Assembly: GCA_964016885.1 (NCBI GenBank)
Contig: OZ024741.1
Location: forward strand, 241,056,001-241,120,000
Source: Eledone cirrhosa
Taxonomy: Eukaryota
DNA length: 64,000 nt
Reading direction: 5' to 3'
The notes beneath the pieces were generated by a model. That model saw only the letters and a program-made list of their open reading frames with translations, was not told the DNA's origin and searched no databases. Shown here in pieces: positions 51,358-64,000 of the stretch (position 1 is its first letter; every line of letters begins with the position of its first letter). The position numbers and the translations under genes are program-made.

Positions 51358-51439
51358 CGTGTGTGTGTGTATGTAAAAGGTAAACAGAAATAACAACACA
51401 ATCGGTACAGTATATGGAAGGAATATATTAGGTTGTATG

Positions 51440-51470
<31 letters not shown>

Positions 51471-51531
51471 GTATATATATATGTATGTATATATATATGT
51501 ATGTAGGTATGTATGTATATATATATATACA

Positions 51532-52110
51532 TGTCTCTTGGTCGGGTCCTTGGTGACTAAACTGGCAACCCCACCAAGGTTTCTTGGTGAGGAGGGTGAC
51601 TTTGGACATCCTGCAGGACTAAAAACAAAACCTGTCAAAGGGCAAAGGAGCTCTTAAGAGTCAATGGCTATCCAAAATCACTGGGAGAGATGACCCCTTA
51701 GCCTTTGTCAAGGCTGAATTCTAGGAGAAGGAAAACTCTGATATAATACCTGCAACCCTGATGGTATCCAATGATGTTGACTCGTTCTTCTTTTTGGTAA
51801 ATATCATCTTGGTTAAGAGAGTGGGACTGGCTTTGTGCAGTGCCTTTGCTGACTATAAAAGCTTCATGGCACAGGCATTGCTTTATATCTGGAGATCTCT
51901 CTGCACTTGTCGTCACATGGTACTATGAGCCCAGCACTATGTGTCAATAATTGTCACAAGTGTAGTGTTTGTACCAGAGTTTTCAAGTCGCTGGCTTGAC
52001 TAAAATGTCACACTCGTTCAGCGCATCGGTAGTGGTTCTCCTACATGGACATAAAGTAGTGGCCGTACTCGAAAACGAGTTGGCAGTCACCATATATGTA
52101 TGTATGTAGT
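51532..52110 (+). mobile_element. ~600-bp non-coding (ATGT)n-tailed retroelement
   Basis: Near-identical to 54645-55215 and to the reverse complement of 62806-63218. Confidence 0.88.
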
Positions 52111-52624
52111 CTCTTTCTTTTAATTTTGATTAGCCACCTTCGTGCCAAGATTGTTAATAAAAGGAACTTTCCTTCATTCCTTGTGTAATCATTCATCCTT
52201 TAAGCTGTAAGATTGTTTTACACTTTTAAATATCATGGCCATTTGTAAATGGTGAATTAAAGATTTGCATTCTTTCTCCACAAATTAAAATTCTGTCTTA
52301 GTTTGGTCCAAGGGGCTTGGTAGATATCCTGTAGCTCCAACAATAATAGGTATGACACTAAGCATGTGTATATATGTATGATGTATATATGTATATATGT
52401 ATGCATACATGTATGCATATATGTATGATGTATATATGTATATATGTATGCATGCATGTATGCATATATGTATGTATGATGTATATATGTATATATGTAT
52501 ATATGTATGCATGTATGCATATATGTATGTATGTATGATGTATATATGTATATATGTATGCATGTATGCATATATGTATATATGGATGTGTATGCATATG
52601 TAGATGTATGTAGATGTGGTTGTA

Positions 52625-52965
52625 TGTATACGTGTAGGCATTTATACAGCCTGGTTGAATAGTCAAGAAGTTTCCTTTCCAATCACAATGTCCCAAGTTC
52701 AATCTCACTGGATGGAATCTTAGCTATAGCTTTGGGTCAAACGGAACTTTGTAAATGTAATTTGGTAGACAAAAACAGTTTGGATGCCTGAAACAGTTTG
52801 ACTGTACCAGTAATTCAAAGGGCCAGCTTTTTCCCACAATGTCATGCTGAATCTCTCAGAGAATTATATTAATGATACCAATATTGATGGAATACTCAAC
52901 CAGCTGGATATTAATTTCATAAGAAGCACACTCCATTGATCAAACAATTGGAACACTTATTGTTG
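52625..52965 (+). mobile_element. Old SINE (family C)
   Basis: Decayed head (aagttcaatctc) and similarity to the reverse complement of 10010-10190. Confidence 0.5.
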
Positions 52966-52994
52966 AAATTGATAGATGTCCATTTATAGTTTTA

Positions 52995-54190
52995 TATGTA
53001 TGTATATATTTATGTATGCATGCATGTACATATGTACGTATGTATGTATATATGCAAGCATGCATGCATGTATGTATGTACGTATGTACGTATGCATGTA
53101 TATATGCAAGCATGCATGCATGTATGTATGTACGTATGTACGTATGTATGTATATATGCAAGCATGCATGCAGGTATGTATGTACGTATGTACCTATGTA
53201 TGTATATATGCAAGCAAGCAAGCAAGCATGTATGTATGTATGTATATATGCAAGCATGCATGCATGTATGTATGTACGTATGTACGTATGTATGTATATA
53301 TGCAAGCATGCATGCAGGTATGTATGTACGTATGTACCTATGTATGTATATATGCAAGCAAGCAAGCAAGCATGTATGTATGTATGTATATATGCAAGCA
53401 TGCATGCATGTATGTATGTACGTATGTACGTATGTATGTATATATGCAAGCATGCATGCAGGTATGTATGTACGTATGTACCTATGTATGTATATATGCA
53501 AGCAAGCAAGCAAGCATGTATGGATGTATGTATATATGAAAGCATGCATGCATGTATGTATGTACGTATGTACGTATGTATGTATATATGCAAGCATGCA
53601 TGCATGTATGTATGTACGTATGTACCTATGTATGTATATATGCAAGCATGCATGTATGTATGTACGTATGTACGTATGTACGTATGTATGTATATATGCA
53701 AGCTTGCATGCATATATGTATGTACATATGTACGTATGTATGTATATATGCAAGCATGCATGTATGTATGTACGTATGTACGTATGTATGTATATATGCA
53801 AGCATGCATGCATGTATGTATGTACGTATGTATGTATGTATGTATGTATATATGCAAGCATGCATGCATGTATGTATGTACGTACGTATGTATGTATATA
53901 TGCAAGCATGCATGCATGTATGTATGTACATATGTACGTATGTATGTATATATGCAAGCATGCATGCATGTATGTATGTACGTATGTATGTATGTATGTA
54001 TATATGCAAGCATGCATGCATGTATGTATGTACATATGTATGTATGTATATATGCAAGCATGCATGCAGGTATGTATGTACGTATGTACGTCTGTATGTA
54101 TACATGCAAGCAAGCAAGCATGCATGTATGGATGTATGTATATATGAAAGCATGCATGCATGAATGTATGTAGATATGCATGTATATACA
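52995..54190. repeat. (ATGT/ATGC/ACGT/GCAA) tetranucleotide-derived minisatellite
   Basis: Direct inspection. Confidence 0.95.
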
Positions 54191-54244
54191 TGTGTATGTA
54201 CTATGTTTATCATGCATAAACATATCATATAAGCTTCATGTATC

Positions 54245-54280
<36 letters not shown>

Positions 54281-54449
54281 TGTACATATCTATGTGTACA
54301 TGTTCTCTCTTTCTCATAGTTTCGACTTAATTTCTGACCGGCCATTTTCCTGGTGGCAAGCTTGTAAAGAAAGGAAATTGTCATCGTCTCTTGTGTAAGC
54401 ATTCATCCTTTGAATCATAAGAATGTTTTACAAATTTTGAAGGTTTCAG

Positions 54450-54480
<31 letters not shown>

Positions 54481-54597
54481 TGTATTTTTGCATGTATGTA
54501 TGTTTGTATATTTGCTTGTATGTATGTATTAATGTATGTATGTATGCATGAGTTGATCTATCTATGTATATATATATATACATGTATGTATGTATAT

Positions 54598-55215
54598 GTC
54601 AGGTCACCAGTTGGTGCTACTGGTAACATGTATCCCAGTACAACCTGTCTTATGGTCGGGTCGTTGGCGATTAAACTGGCAACCCCACCAAGGTTTCCTG
54701 GTGAGGAGGGTGACTTTGGACATCCTGCAGGACTAAAAACAAAACCTATCAAAGGGCAAAGGAGCTCTTAAGAGTCAATGGCCACCCAAAATCACCGGGA
54801 GAGATGACCCCTTAGCCTTTGTCAAGGCAGAATTCTAGGAGAAGGAAAACTCTGATATAACACCTGCAACCCTGATGGTATCCAATGATGTTGACTTGTT
54901 CTTCTTTTTGGTAAATATCATCTTGGTTAAGAGAGTGAGACTGGCTTTGTGCAGTGCCTTTGCTCACTATAAAAGCTTCACGGCACAGGCATTGCTTTAT
55001 ATCTGGAGATCTCTCTGCACTTGTCATCACATGGTACCATGGGCCCAGCACTATATGTCAATAATTGTCACAAGTGTAGTGTTTGTCCCAGAGTTTTCAA
55101 GTCGCTGGCTGGACTAAAAAGTCACACTCGTTCAGCGCATCGGTAAGGGTTCTCCTACATGGATATATAGTAGTGGCCGTACTCAAAAACGAGTTGGCAG
55201 CCACCACCATGTATG
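54598..55215 (+). mobile_element. (ATGT)n-tailed retroelement, longest copy
   Basis: Family match, embedded in (ATGT)n. Confidence 0.9.
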
Positions 55216-55719
55216 TATATACATATGTATGTATGTATATATGTATATATGTATGTACACATGTGAGAAAGTATTGATGCATGTATGTATATGTGTATAT
55301 GGTTTTGTATTTGTATAGGTATGTATGTATGTATGTATGCATGCTTGTATGTATGCATGTATGTACATGCATATGTGAGAATGTATTTAGGTATGTATGT
55401 ATATGTGTATATGTATGTTTATGTATTAGTATAGGTATGTATGTATGCATGCATGCATGTATGTATGCATGTATGTACATACATATGTGAAATGTATGTA
55501 TGTATATGTGTCTATGTATGTATAGTATATGTGTCTATGTATGTTTATGTATTAGTATGGATATGTATGTAGAAATATCCCCTCCTATGTTTTACTATCA
55601 GTGTATAGAACCATAAAAGGTGGACAGAGTGTATATGGGTGAGGGAAGAAGGGGAAGTGGTCTGTGATAATCAGGTTAGGTCTGCAGTGTAAAGTAGGGA
55701 GTTTCTATACATTGATTGA

Positions 55720-55893
55720 ATTACTACAACAAATACTACAACTTCTACTACCACCACTGCTGCTACTACAAATACCACCAACACCACCATCGCAATTACT
55801 CTTCCTACTACTACTATTACTACTACTACTATTACTACCACTACTATTACTACTACTACTACTACTACTACTACTACAAAAACTACTACAAAA

Positions 55894-55954
<61 letters not shown>

Positions 55955-56073
55955 AAACCACTAACACCAGCACCACCACCGCCACCACCACCACCACCAC
56001 CACCACCACCACCGCCACCGCCGCCACCACCACCACCACCACCACCACCACCACCACCACCACCACCACCACC

Positions 56074-56149
<76 letters not shown>

Positions 56150-56150
56150 T
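55720..56150. repeat. (CTA)n/(CCA)n microsatellites
   Basis: Direct inspection. Confidence 0.95.
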
Positions 56151-56244
56151 TGCTGCTGCAGCAGAAACAACAGCAGTAATAAAAACAAAACCTCATTTTA
56201 ACTTAATGAGTAGCATTATGTGTAATGGCTATATGATTGCATTC

Positions 56245-59200
56245 TCACTACCACCACCATCATAACCACCAACACTCCCATCAACCACCACCAACACCAC
56301 CACCACCATCATAACCACCAACACTACTATCAACCACCACCAACACCACCACCACCATTAATACCACCACCACCACCACCATCACCACCAACACTCCCAT
56401 CAACCACCACCACCACCATCATAACCACCAACACTACTATCAACCACCACCAACACCACCACCACCATTAATACCACCACCACCACCACCATCACCACCA
56501 ACACTCCCATCAACCACCACCACCACCATCATAACCACCAACACTACTATCAACCACCACCAACACCACCACCACCATTAATACCACCACCACCACCACC
56601 ATCACCACCAACACTCCCATCAACCAACACCAACATCACCAACAACTCCACCACAACCACCATCACCATCACCACAACCACCAACACCACCATCATCACC
56701 ACCAACACCAACACCACCACCACAACCACCAACACCACCATCATCACCACAACCACAAACACCACCATCATCACCACAACCACCACCATCATCACCACAA
56801 CCACAAACACCACCATCATCACCACAACCACCACCATCATCACCACAACCACCACCATCATCACCACAACCACCAACACCACCATCATCAGCACAACCAC
56901 CAACACCACCATCACCACAACCACCACCATCATCACCACAACCAGAAACACCACCATCATCACCACGACCACCAACACCACCATCATCAGCACAACCACC
57001 AACACCACCATCACCACAACCACCACCATCATCACCACAACCACAAACACCACCATCATCACCACAACCACCAACACCACCATCATCAGCACAACCACCA
57101 ACACCACCATCACCACAACTACCACCATCATCACCACAACCACAAACACCACCATCATCACCACAACCACCACCATCATCACCACAACCACCAACACCAC
57201 CATCATCAGCACAACCACCACCATCATCACCACAACCACAAACACCACCATCATCACCACAACCACCACCATCATCACCACAACCACCAACACCACCACC
57301 ATCACCACAACCACCACCATCATCACCACAACCACAAACACCACCATCATCACCACAACCACCACCATCATCACCACAACCACCAACACCACCACCATCA
57401 CCACAACCACCACCATCATCACCACAACCACAAACACCACCATCATCACCACAGCCACCACCATCATCACCACAACCACCAACACCACCATCATCACCAC
57501 AACCACCAACACCACCATCATCACCACAACCACCAACACCACCATCATCAGCACAACAACCACCATCATCACCACCACCACCAACACCACCATCGTCACC
57601 ACAACCACCAACACCACCACCATCACCACAACCACCACCATCATCACCACCACCACCACCACCACCACCATCATCACCACAACCACCAACACCACCATCA
57701 TCAGCACAACCACCACCATCATCACCACAACCACCAACACCACCATCATCAGCACAACAACCACCATCATCACCACCACCACCACCACCACCATCATCAC
57801 CACAACCACCAACACCACCATCATCAGCACAACCACCACCATCATCACCACAACCACCAACACCACCATAATCACCACAACCACCACCATCATCACCACC
57901 ACCAACACCACCATCATCACCACAACCCCCAACACCACCATCATCACCACAACCACCCACACCTCCACCATCGCCAACGCCCCCACCATCACCACAACCA
58001 CCAATACCACCACCATCACCAACACCACCACCATCACCACAACCAGCCACACCACCACCATCACCAACACCTCCACCATCACCAACACCCCCACCATCAC
58101 CACAACCACCCACACCACCACCATCACCAACACCCCCACCATCACCACAACCACCCACACCACCATCATCACCAACACCACCACCATCACCAAAACCCCC
58201 ACCATCACCACAACCCCCCACCATCACCCCCACCCCCACCATCACCATAACCACCCACACCACCACCATCACCACAATGACCAACACCACCACCATCACC
58301 AACACCTCCACCATCACCACAACCACCCACACCATCACCACAACTACCCACACCACCACCATCACCAACACCACCACCATCACCATCACCCCCACCATCA
58401 CCACAACCACCAACACCACCACCATCACCAACACCTCCACCATCCCCACAACCAGCCACACCACCACCATCACCACAACCACCAACACCACCACCATCAC
58501 CACAACCACCCACACCACCACCATCACCAACACCACCACCATCACCAACACCCCCACCATCACCACAACCACCCACACCACCACCATCACCAACACCACC
58601 ACCATCACCAACACCACCACCAACACCACAACCACCCACACCACCACCATCACCAACACCTCCACCATCCCCACAACCACCCACACCACCACCATCACCA
58701 ACACCTCCAACATCCCCACAACCACCCACATCACCACCTTCACCAACACCACCACCATCACCAACACCCCCACCATCACCACAACCACCCACACCACCAC
58801 CATCACCAACACTACCACCATCACCAACACCTCCACCATCACTACAACCACCAACACCACCACCATCACCACAACCACCCACACCACCACCATCACCAAC
58901 ATCACCACCATCACCACAACCACCCACACCACCACCATCACCAACACCCCCACCATCACCACAACCACCCCACACCGCCACCATAACCAACACCTCTACC
59001 ATCACCACAACCACCCCACACCACCACCATCACTACAACCACCAACACCACCACCATTACCAACACCCCCACCATCACCACAACCACCCACACCACCACC
59101 ATCACCAACATCACCACCATCACCACAACCACCCACACCACCACCATCACCAACACCCCCACCATCACCACAACCACCCCACACCGCCACCATAACCAAC

Positions 59201-59355
59201 ACCTCTACCATCACTACAACCACCAACACCACCACCATCACCAACACCTCCACCATCACCACAACCACCCCACACCACCACCATCACCAACACCACCACC
59301 GTCACCACAACCACCCACACCACCACCATCACCAACACCACCACCATCACACAAT
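56245..59355. repeat. (CAC/CAT/CAA)-derived tandem repeat array
   Basis: Direct inspection. Confidence 0.95.
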
Positions 59356-60261
59356 CATCCATATATTTATTGTTAATTTGTTGTTCTGTTAATATTAACA
59401 AAATTAATGTTGTTCGTTATTGTTTTTAATAGAAGAGTGATAGAGAGGGGGGGTGTTGTAGAGGAAGGAAGGAAGTGGAGTGGGGCAGAGGTTATAGGGA
59501 AGTGGGGGTGGGGAGGGGGAGTTCTAGAGGGTGTATGGAGATGGAGGAGGAGGGACGGGGTAATGGGTGCTAGAGGTTGTATGGTTATGGAGGAGTAGGG
59601 GGTAGAGGGTGGTTTGGTGGTTGAGGTTGTAGGGAGATGGAGGAGGAGGGGTGGTGGAGAGGGGGAGTGGGGGTGCTAGAGGTTGTATGGAGATGGGAGG
59701 GGGGGGGGGGTGAAATGGGGGAGCTAGAGGTTGTAGGGAGATGAGGAAGAGGGAGAGTGGAAGAAGGGCAGTTAGAGTGGCTGGGGAAGGGGAAGTGAGA
59801 TATAGTGGGAAGGTGGTGGAGGATGAGGAAGAGGGGGTGGGCAGGAAACAGGGGGGGTGGAGGTAACCTGCAAATCAGAGGAAAATTAATAAAACTGGAC
59901 ATAAATTGTTTTTAATGAAATTTGCAGTCCTTGCTTGCCACCATACTTTCTACAGACAAACACACACTCACACACACTCACACACAGACACACACATATA
60001 TATATATGTTTACATGCACACACACATTTATATATATATGTACAAACATACAAACACCACACATGTATACACACAACACACATCAGCATGCACCAAAATA
60101 TTTCAACATACGCATACACATACACATACACATATATATACACATACACATACACATGCACAAACAACTAGAGCAGAGTGCCAAGATGTGGGTGGAGTTG
60201 GAAGGGAGAAGAGTATAGTGTGATTACAATAAGGTAAAAGAGGGGAGAGTGATACACACAC

Positions 60262-60343
60262 TTATATATATATATATATATATACATATATACATTTATA
60301 TATATATATATACATATATGTTTATATATATATATACATATAT

Positions 60344-60407
<64 letters not shown>

Positions 60408-60650
60408 ATATACATATATATATAAATATTTATATATATATAAATAAATATATGTATATAAATATATATATATATGTATATATATATATAAATGTATATA
60501 AATATATATATATATATATATATACATTTATATATATATATATATACACATATATATATATATTTATATACATATATTTATTTATATATATATAAATATT
60601 TATATATATATATTATTTATATATATATATATATATTATTTATATAAATT

Positions 60651-60683
<33 letters not shown>

Positions 60684-60827
60684 TTATATACATATATTTA
60701 TTTATATATATATAAATATTTATATATATATATATTATTTATATATATATATATATTATTTATATAAATTTATAGATATATAAATATACATAGATTTACA
60801 TATATATATATTTACATATATATACAT

Positions 60828-60884
<57 letters not shown>

Positions 60885-60958
60885 GCCGTCGAAACGGCTT
60901 GAGCTCTGCCGTCGGGGTCGTACATTTTCCTATATATATATATATATATACATATATA
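60262..60958. repeat. (TA)n field containing a short hammerhead-family copy at 60879-60932
   Basis: gaaatagccgtcgaaacggcttgagctctgccgtcggggtcgtacattttccta. Confidence 0.9.
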
Positions 60959-61229
60959 TGTTATATTCGATGGTGATGATGATGATATGATATATAAATA
61001 TACAATATGATACACACAAACATATGCATGTACAAACACGCAGATGCCAAAGATAAAGCACTATCTACAAGAAATAATAGCCCAATTCTCATAAATCACA
61101 CCCTGCCATTTTAATACAGGGAGAATAGATTGACCAGTGGTATAGAAACAGACTGGATGGTCATGGATGGAATGTTTCTTGATCATAGTTCTGTCTCATC
61201 ATGGTTGACCTTGGGTTATACAACAACGG

Positions 61230-62232
61230 CATACATGCTTACATACACACATACATACACACATACATACATATACACATCATACATACATACATACACT
61301 CATACATACATACATACATACACACATCATACATACACATATACATACATACACACATCATACATACACACATACATGCATATCTATATACATACATACA
61401 TACATACATGCATACACACATACATTTGTACATCAACAACACATCAAGAACACATGCACACGCACTCATATACATACCGCCACAAACACACACCAAGAAA
61501 ACACTCACACACATACACAGACACAAGTAGACCACAAACACACTCACACACACATCAACACATACAACATACACGACAAATACACTCACACACACCAAGA
61601 ACTCACAAACATACACAACTTACACACACGCTGAGACACATAAACACTCACACACAGGCAGTGTGACAACACACCAATACATTACACGTCAACAAATATA
61701 AACATCCAGACACATATACACCAACACATATATGCACACACACATTGGCACATAGGCCTATACACACCAACGCACATAGACCTATACACACCAGCACACA
61801 TAGGCCTATACACATCAACACACATGCATACACACACCAACACACATATGCATACAAACATCAACACACATACACGCACCAACACACATATACACATACA
61901 CAAACAACATACATACACACACACACACATAGGCCTAGATACACCAACACACACCAACACACATATGCATACAAACATCAATACACATACACACACCAAC
62001 ACACATATGCATACAAACATCAATACACATACACACACCAACACACATATACACAAACAACATACATACACACACACACACATAGGCCTACATACACCAA
62101 CACACACCAACACACATATGCATACAAACATCAACACACATACACACACTAACACACATATACACATACACACACAAATAGGCCTACATACACCAACACA
62201 CAACAACACACATATACACACACAAACACACT
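61230..62232. repeat. CA-rich low-complexity/minisatellite
   Basis: Recurring cacataggccta and catacaaacatcaa units. Confidence 0.9.
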
Positions 62233-62805
62233 ACATCAATATTAATCGAGGTTTTTAATAAAATATCAATAACTTTTTTATTTCTCTAGAACAATATTAC
62301 AGAAGTGGTGGTAGTGATGGTGGTGGTGGTAGTGGTATGGTGGTAGTGGTGTGGTGGTAGTGGTGTGGTGGTAATGATGTGGTGGTAGTGGTGGTAGTGG
62401 TGGTGGTGTGGTGGTAGTGGTGGTAGTGATGGTGGTGGTGGTAGTGGTGTGGTTGTAGTGGTGGTAGTGATGGTGGTGGTGCTAGTGGTGTGGTGGTAGT
62501 GGTGGTGGTGTGGGGATGGTAGTCGTGGTTTGTATGTCAGTCGTGTTCTGAAGCAACTAGAGTTAGCTGTTGTGCAAGGGTAAACCGTCAATTCTGTATG
62601 TATGTGTCTGTATGTGGGTGTAAGAGAGAGTGAGCGTGTTGGCTTAATATGAGTTTGTTATTGTATATTGAGAAGATGGCAAATGTGAGAGTTGGCCTCT
62701 TTCATCCAGTGACATATAAGCTCTACTTCACAGCCAACCATACATTGCTTTAATTTCTTTCATAGGGAAGGTCTGAGCAAAGATCGCTATGCATACATAC
62801 ATACA

Positions 62806-63218
62806 TGGTGGCTGCCAACTCGTTTTCGAGTACGGCCACTACTTTATATCCATGTAGGAGAACCCCTACCGATGCACTGAACGAGTGTGACTTTTTAGTC
62901 CAGCCAGCGACTTGAAAACTCTGGTACAAACACTACACTTGTAACAATTACTGACACATAGTGCTGGGCCCATGGTACCATGTGATGACAAGTGTAGAGA
63001 GATCTCCAGATATAAAGCAATGCCTGTGCCGTGAAGCTTTTATAGTGAGCAAAGTCACTGCACAAAGCCAGTCCCACTCTCTTAACCAAGATGATATTTA
63101 CCAAAAAGAAGAACGAGTCAACATCATTGGATACCATCAGGGTTGCAGGTGTTATATCAGAGTTTTCCTTTCTCCTAGAATTCTGCCTTGGCAAAGGCTA
63201 AGGGGTCATCTCTCCCAG
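62806..63218 (-). mobile_element. (ATGT)n-tailed retroelement, 5'-truncated
   Basis: Reverse complement of ~54797-55210, with (ACAT)n on both sides. Confidence 0.9.
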
Positions 63219-63257
63219 ACATACATACATACATACATACATCGATATATACATACA

Positions 63258-64000
63258 CAGAAATTCCATTTTATGTCCCAAATGCAAACTATAGGTACAT
63301 AAAAGATGTAGTGGGATCATAGGTAAACTATCTAAGAACATAGATTTTATATGTGGCCGATGCTCAGGTGAAATAAGTAGCAAGTGCCCACAGGATATTA
63401 GCTCCTTCTATTGCCCAGACGGTTCTATAGAAATAGTGGACACTTTCTGTTACCTGGGTGATAAAATCAGCAGTGGTGGAGGGTGCTCTGAAAGTACAGT
63501 AGCCAGAGTCAGAACGGGATGGAAAAAGTTCAGGGAGCTAATACTGCTGATGGCCACAAAAGGTTTCTCTCTAAAAATGAAAGGCAGACTGTATGATGCC
63601 TGCATACAAACAGCAATGCTACATGGCAGTGAGACATGGGCATTGCGTGCAGAGGACCTGCGCAGACTGGAAAGGAACGAAGCATGCATGCTCCATTGGA
63701 TGTGTAATAGTAATATATGTGAACGGCAAAGCATAAATGAACTAAGTGAGAAATTAGCAATAAGAGGGATCAGATGCTGTTTACTCAAAAGAAGACTACG
63801 TTGGTATGGCCACGTGATGTGCATGAAAGATGACAGCTGTATAAAAAAGTGCAGGGTGATCAAAATTGATGGTAGTTATGGAGTAGGTAGACCCAGAAAA
63901 ACCTGGGACAATTTGACAAATTCCGAACTTACTCACTTACACCTCTCTAAGACAATGTCACTGGACCGAGATCTTTGGCGCTATGCAGTAATACAGAAGA
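63258..64000 (+). mobile_element. RTE LINE fragment (family of 49431-51319), older, runs off the window end
   Basis: Colinear with ~50163-50907, with stops and CpG decay. Confidence 0.92.

Noticed and set aside
52940-54228. Overlapping 200-427 aa ORFs
   Set aside because: Tetranucleotide minisatellite open on both strands.
56550-59401. Long Val/Met, Gly/Asp and Thr-rich ORFs
   Set aside because: Trinucleotide-derived array open in several frames, with no splice or domain evidence.

Overview
This is eukaryotic, AT-rich, extremely microsatellite-rich intronic or intergenic DNA. The SINE/RTE/Dong repertoire and simple-repeat load suggest an octopod cephalopod (inference). No host gene can be called with confidence, and almost all long ORFs in the track are translations of simple or tandem repeats. 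Real coding remnants are all transposon-derived: a CR1-like LINE (1-2690, -), a maT/mariner-type element (8365-9460), Tx1-like 3' ends, an R4/Dong LINE (32.5-35.7 kb), several RTE LINEs (one with an open RT ORF carrying an inserted PHD-type finger), a decayed mariner, and a Penelope-like (Naiad-type) ORF fragment. The main hidden signal is a set of unrelated short, ORF-less fold-back elements sitting in (TA)n tracts, most of which fold by eye into type I hammerhead ribozymes. Two of these families use a U3-A8 covariant core (UUGANAA). One family forms a graded series of fold-back insertions that share a fixed end, which points to a Penelope-like retrotransposition mechanism. All structures were read by eye and none was computed or searched.
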